This document shows positions 61,445 to 64,000 of a DNA stretch of 64,000 nucleotides, in pieces. Numbering within the stretch: position 1 is the stretch's first letter; each line of letters begins with the position of its first letter. Origin of the DNA: Synechococcus sp. (GTDB taxonomy: Bacteria; Cyanobacteriota; Cyanobacteriia; PCC-6307; Cyanobiaceae). The position numbers and the translations under genes were made by a program. The notes below the pieces were generated by a model. That model did not search any database. It worked only from the letters and a program-made list of their open reading frames with translations, and was not told the origin of the DNA. The stretch spans positions 256,001 through 320,000 of the forward strand of contig JBJBEO010000001.1 of NCBI GenBank assembly GCA_047284725.1, given 5' to 3'.

Positions 61445-63158
61445 TCGATCTGTCTGTGCAGGCTATGTCTTTGATGAATTGTTCACCGAGGGATGAGATA
61501 GCCTCTACGTAGGTTAAGTTGTTGAGATTATTTTTATTCTGACTGATTGCTTCTTGGGCGAATTCTCTAAGGTTTTTCATGTCTCCTTCGTTGTAGATGC
61601 TCACTAGATTTGATAGTGCTTCGGGATTGTCAGGATTGATTTCGAGTGATTTGAGGGTAGAAGCAAGTGCTTCGTCAAGATTGCCAAGTTCTTTGTAGAT
61701 GCTGCCCAGGTTCATGTGGGCAGCAGGGTTGTCGGGCTTGAGCTCCAGGGATTGGAGAGTGGAGGCAAGTGCTTGGTCAAGCTTGCCGAGGTCTTTGTAG
61801 ATGTTGCCCAGGTTTATGTGGGCAACAGGGTTGTCGGGCTTGAGCTCCAGGGATTGGAGAGTGGAGGCAAGTGCTTGGTCAAGGTTGCCAAGGGATTTGT
61901 AGATGTTACCCAGGTTCATGTGGGCATCGGGGTTATTGGGCTTGATCTCGAGTGATTTGAGTGTTGAAGTAAGTGCATGATCAAGGTTGCCGAGATCTTC
62001 GTAGATGCAGCCCAGGTTCATGTAGGCAGCAGGGTTGTCAGGCTTGATTTCGATTGATTTGAGTGTTGAAGCAAGTGCTTGATTAAGGCTGCCGAGGTCT
62101 TTGTAGATGTTCCCCAAATTTACGAGAGCAGCAGGGTTGTCGGGCTTGATTTCGATTGATTTGAGTGTTGAGGCAAGTGCTTGATCGAAGTTGCCGAGGT
62201 CTTTATAAATGCTTCCCAGATTCATGTGGGCATCAGCGTTGTCAGACTTAATTTCGAGTGATTTGAGTGTTGAGGCAAGTGCTTGATCGAAGTTGCCGAG
62301 GTCTTTATAAATGCAGCCCAAGTTCATGTGGGCATCGGGGTTATCAGGATTAAGCTCCAGGGATTGACGGGTGGAAGTCAGTGCTTGATTGAAGTTGCCG
62401 AGGTCTTTATAAATGCTGCTCAGGAACATGTGGGCGTCAATATTATTGGGATTGAGCTCCAGGGACTGAAGGACGGAATTAATCGCTTGATCAAGGTTGC
62501 CGAGTTCTTTATAGATGCTGCCCAGGTAGATGTATGCATCAGCGTTGCCAGGTTTGAGTTTGAGTGATTCAAGGACGCAGTCAATCGCTTTCTCGAAGTT
62601 TCCAAGTGTTTTGTAAAAGCTGGCCAGGTTCGTGTACGCATCAGGGTTGTCAGGCTTGAGCTCTAAGTACTGAATGGTGGAGGCAATTGCTTGCTCGAGC
62701 TTGCCAAGATCTTTGTAGATGCTGCTTAAATTGAGGTGATAAACTGCGAAAGCAGGATCGAGATTGCGAGCCCTTTTGACTAACTCTTTTGCGGTGCCAA
62801 GGTCTCCCTGGTCTTTGTAGATCAAGCCAAGGTTGTTGAGTGCTGGTGCATAGTCTGGATCAATCAATAGAGCTGCCTTGTAATATTTTATTGCTTCCGC
62901 TTGGTTCTGTAGGGCTTTGAAGATGTTGCCAAGATCCTTGAGTGTCTCGGGATCGTTGTTGTCTAGATTGTGAGCTTTGGATAGGCACTCTTGAGCCTTT
63001 TCAAGTTGCCCCAAAGCGCGTAATGATTTTGCGGCGAACTTCCAGGCGTCAATATTATTGGGCTCGCTTTGAAGCAGTTGTTGGCAAGCCTGGAGGCACT
63101 CTGGATGGCGTCCAGTGGTTGATAATTCCTGAATGATCTTTTTGTCCACCGAGTGCAA
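61419..63158 (-). CDS. tetratricopeptide repeat protein (about 15 TPRs, no catalytic domain)
   Basis: 34-aa periodicity xxAHMNLGxIYKDLGNLDQALASTLKSLELKPDN. Confidence 0.95.
   Translation of the reverse strand: MHSVDKKIIQELSTTGRHPECLQACQQLLQSEPNNIDAWKFAAKSLRALGQLEKAQECLSKAHNLDNNDPETLKDLGNIFKALQNQAEAIKYYKAALLIDPDYAPALNNLGLIYKDQGDLGTAKELVKRARNLDPAFAVYHLNLSSIYKDLGKLEQAIASTIQYLELKPDNPDAYTNLASFYKTLGNFEKAIDCVLESLKLKPGNADAYIYLGSIYKELGNLDQAINSVLQSLELNPNNIDAHMFLSSIYKDLGNFNQALTSTRQSLELNPDNPDAHMNLGCIYKDLGNFDQALASTLKSLEIKSDNADAHMNLGSIYKDLGNFDQALASTLKSIEIKPDNPAALVNLGNIYKDLGSLNQALASTLKSIEIKPDNPAAYMNLGCIYEDLGNLDHALTSTLKSLEIKPNNPDAHMNLGNIYKSLGNLDQALASTLQSLELKPDNPVAHINLGNIYKDLGKLDQALASTLQSLELKPDNPAAHMNLGSIYKELGNLDEALASTLKSLEINPDNPEALSNLVSIYNEGDMKNLREFAQEAISQNKNNLNNLTYVEAISSLGEQFIKDIACTDRSINQAKSSQ
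61626..62747 (-). repeat. 11 tandem 102-bp coding repeats within the TPR gene
   Basis: Recurring gcaagtgcttg..caaggttgcc and gggttgtcgggcttga blocks at 102-bp spacing. Confidence 0.9.
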
Positions 63159-63241
63159 TTGGCGTTGCTCAAGATCGATTCTACTGTGATTGAGCGATTT
63201 CTCCAGGTACCTCTAAAGCAAACTTCTGATTGCTCAGCCGC

Positions 63242-63483
63242 TCAGTCTCTCTGTATTCCCTCTCCACATCGCCCTGTCTGACGGTCAAGCTTTCTCTGCA
63301 TGTAAGGCGTGATCCCCAGTTCACCATTACGCCAGAGGCGATCCATCTCACGGGTGAAATGGGCTGCCACCTGAGGTGAATCGATCACCAGCAGGGTTTA
63401 ATCGTTGGTGTGGGCTGCGGACGGGCTCCAGTTGAACGATCCTGTGACCACTGTTTTGTTGTCGATCACGGCGAACTTGTGGT
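63242..63483 (-). pseudogene. 3' remnant of a phospholipase D-family (HKD) nuclease, ComA-like
   Basis: HKFAVIDNKTVVTGSFNWSPSAAHTND*TLLVIDSPQVAAHFTREMDRLW...RCGEGIQRD*; in-frame TAA at 63398-63400; 5' part absent. Confidence 0.82.
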
Positions 63484-63648
63484 CGACATCCCTGAGATGC
63501 TCCTGGTGATGGGAGGTTTCAGAGCAGCTGAGGATGAGTGAGCCAAAAGACGAGCCAACCAGGGGTGTTTTGGAGGGTTCAGATGGGGTTTTGGCTTGGC
63601 TTGCGGTGGTGGAGCTGATAGGCCGGATTGCAGTTGTGGAGCTGGATC

Positions 63649-64000
63649 TTGAGTAACAAGCCGGCGTTGCGGCGGAACAACGGCAGCATTGTGATCCGGG
63701 TGCGGATCGATGGGGAAGACAAGCGGATCTATCGGTTATGCCGCTGGGATGATCCGGTAGCGGTTGCCAGAGCCCAGGCGATTGCTGCTGAGATCTGGAG
63801 CGATATCCATCGGGGTGAACTGGATGCATCGTTGAGCCGGTATCGCCCTTTGGTGGAGGAAGAGGAGTCCGATTTGATCCGAGGCCTCAAGCACTTGATG
63901 GAGATCAAGCGTCAGGGCCGGGTGACCCACGCGTATCGGACAGTTCAGAGATATGGCCGCTCGATCAGAACCAGCACAGAAGCGGAGGGGGTCGTGGTTT
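63649..64000 (+). CDS. tyrosine recombinase/integrase, N-terminal part; runs off the window
   Basis: Hand translation MSNKPALRRNNGSIVIRVRIDGEDKRIYRLCRWDDPVAVARAQAIAAEIWSDIHRGELDASLSRY...: three-strand-plus-helix arm-binding pattern of cyanobacterial integrases; GGAG 7 nt before the TTG. Catalytic residues are not in the window. Confidence 0.72.
   Translation, partial: MSNKPALRRNNGSIVIRVRIDGEDKRIYRLCRWDDPVAVARAQAIAAEIWSDIHRGELDASLSRYRPLVEEEESDLIRGLKHLMEIKRQGRVTHAYRTVQRYGRSIRTSTEAEGVVV

Larger units (their letters stand above)
59200..64000. mobile_element. left part of a genomic island / integrative element region
   Basis: Visible drop in GC, 1.2 kb without convincing genes, accessory genes, a gene remnant and an integrase 5' end. 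Left boundary approximate. Confidence 0.65.

Noticed and set aside
61626..62747. Regular repeats suggesting a CRISPR array or DGR
   Set aside because: They are in-frame 102-bp TPR coding units with no unique spacers, and no cas or reverse transcriptase gene is in the window.
63398..63829. 143-aa ORF as an intact PLD protein
   Set aside because: Only the last 27 or so residues are PLD-like; the rest is antisense to the integrase and its promoter.

Overview
Chromosomal window from a marine picocyanobacterium (Synechococcus-like, judged from psbU, petL, hli, the 16S/ITS with tRNA-Ile and tRNA-Ala, and gene order). About 1-59.2 kb is GC-rich core genome (rimO, VKOR, nadB, psbU, uppP, tolC, xseAB, hrpB, an HtrA protease, ABC-F, anmK, Ktr/Trk, hflX, cysH, coaX, bcp, rarA, an RND pump, pgm). 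It is interrupted by two apparently identical rRNA operons in direct tandem (6183-bp repeat, offset 6678). They are separated by a 495-bp unique piece holding a 5'-truncated CaMKII-association-domain gene, so this is either a real rearrangement or an assembly artefact. From about 59.2 kb the sequence becomes AT-richer and island-like: a gene with SET-domain (LSMT/SETD3-type) methyltransferase motifs converges on a 15-repeat TPR gene, followed by a broken phospholipase-D-family remnant and the 5' end of a tyrosine integrase. Best leads are the SET-like/TPR pair, a C-terminal P[IV]RGLW motif shared by two unrelated exported proteins, the rrn tandem junction, and the integrase/PLD junction. All family calls come from motif recognition by eye; no searches were run.
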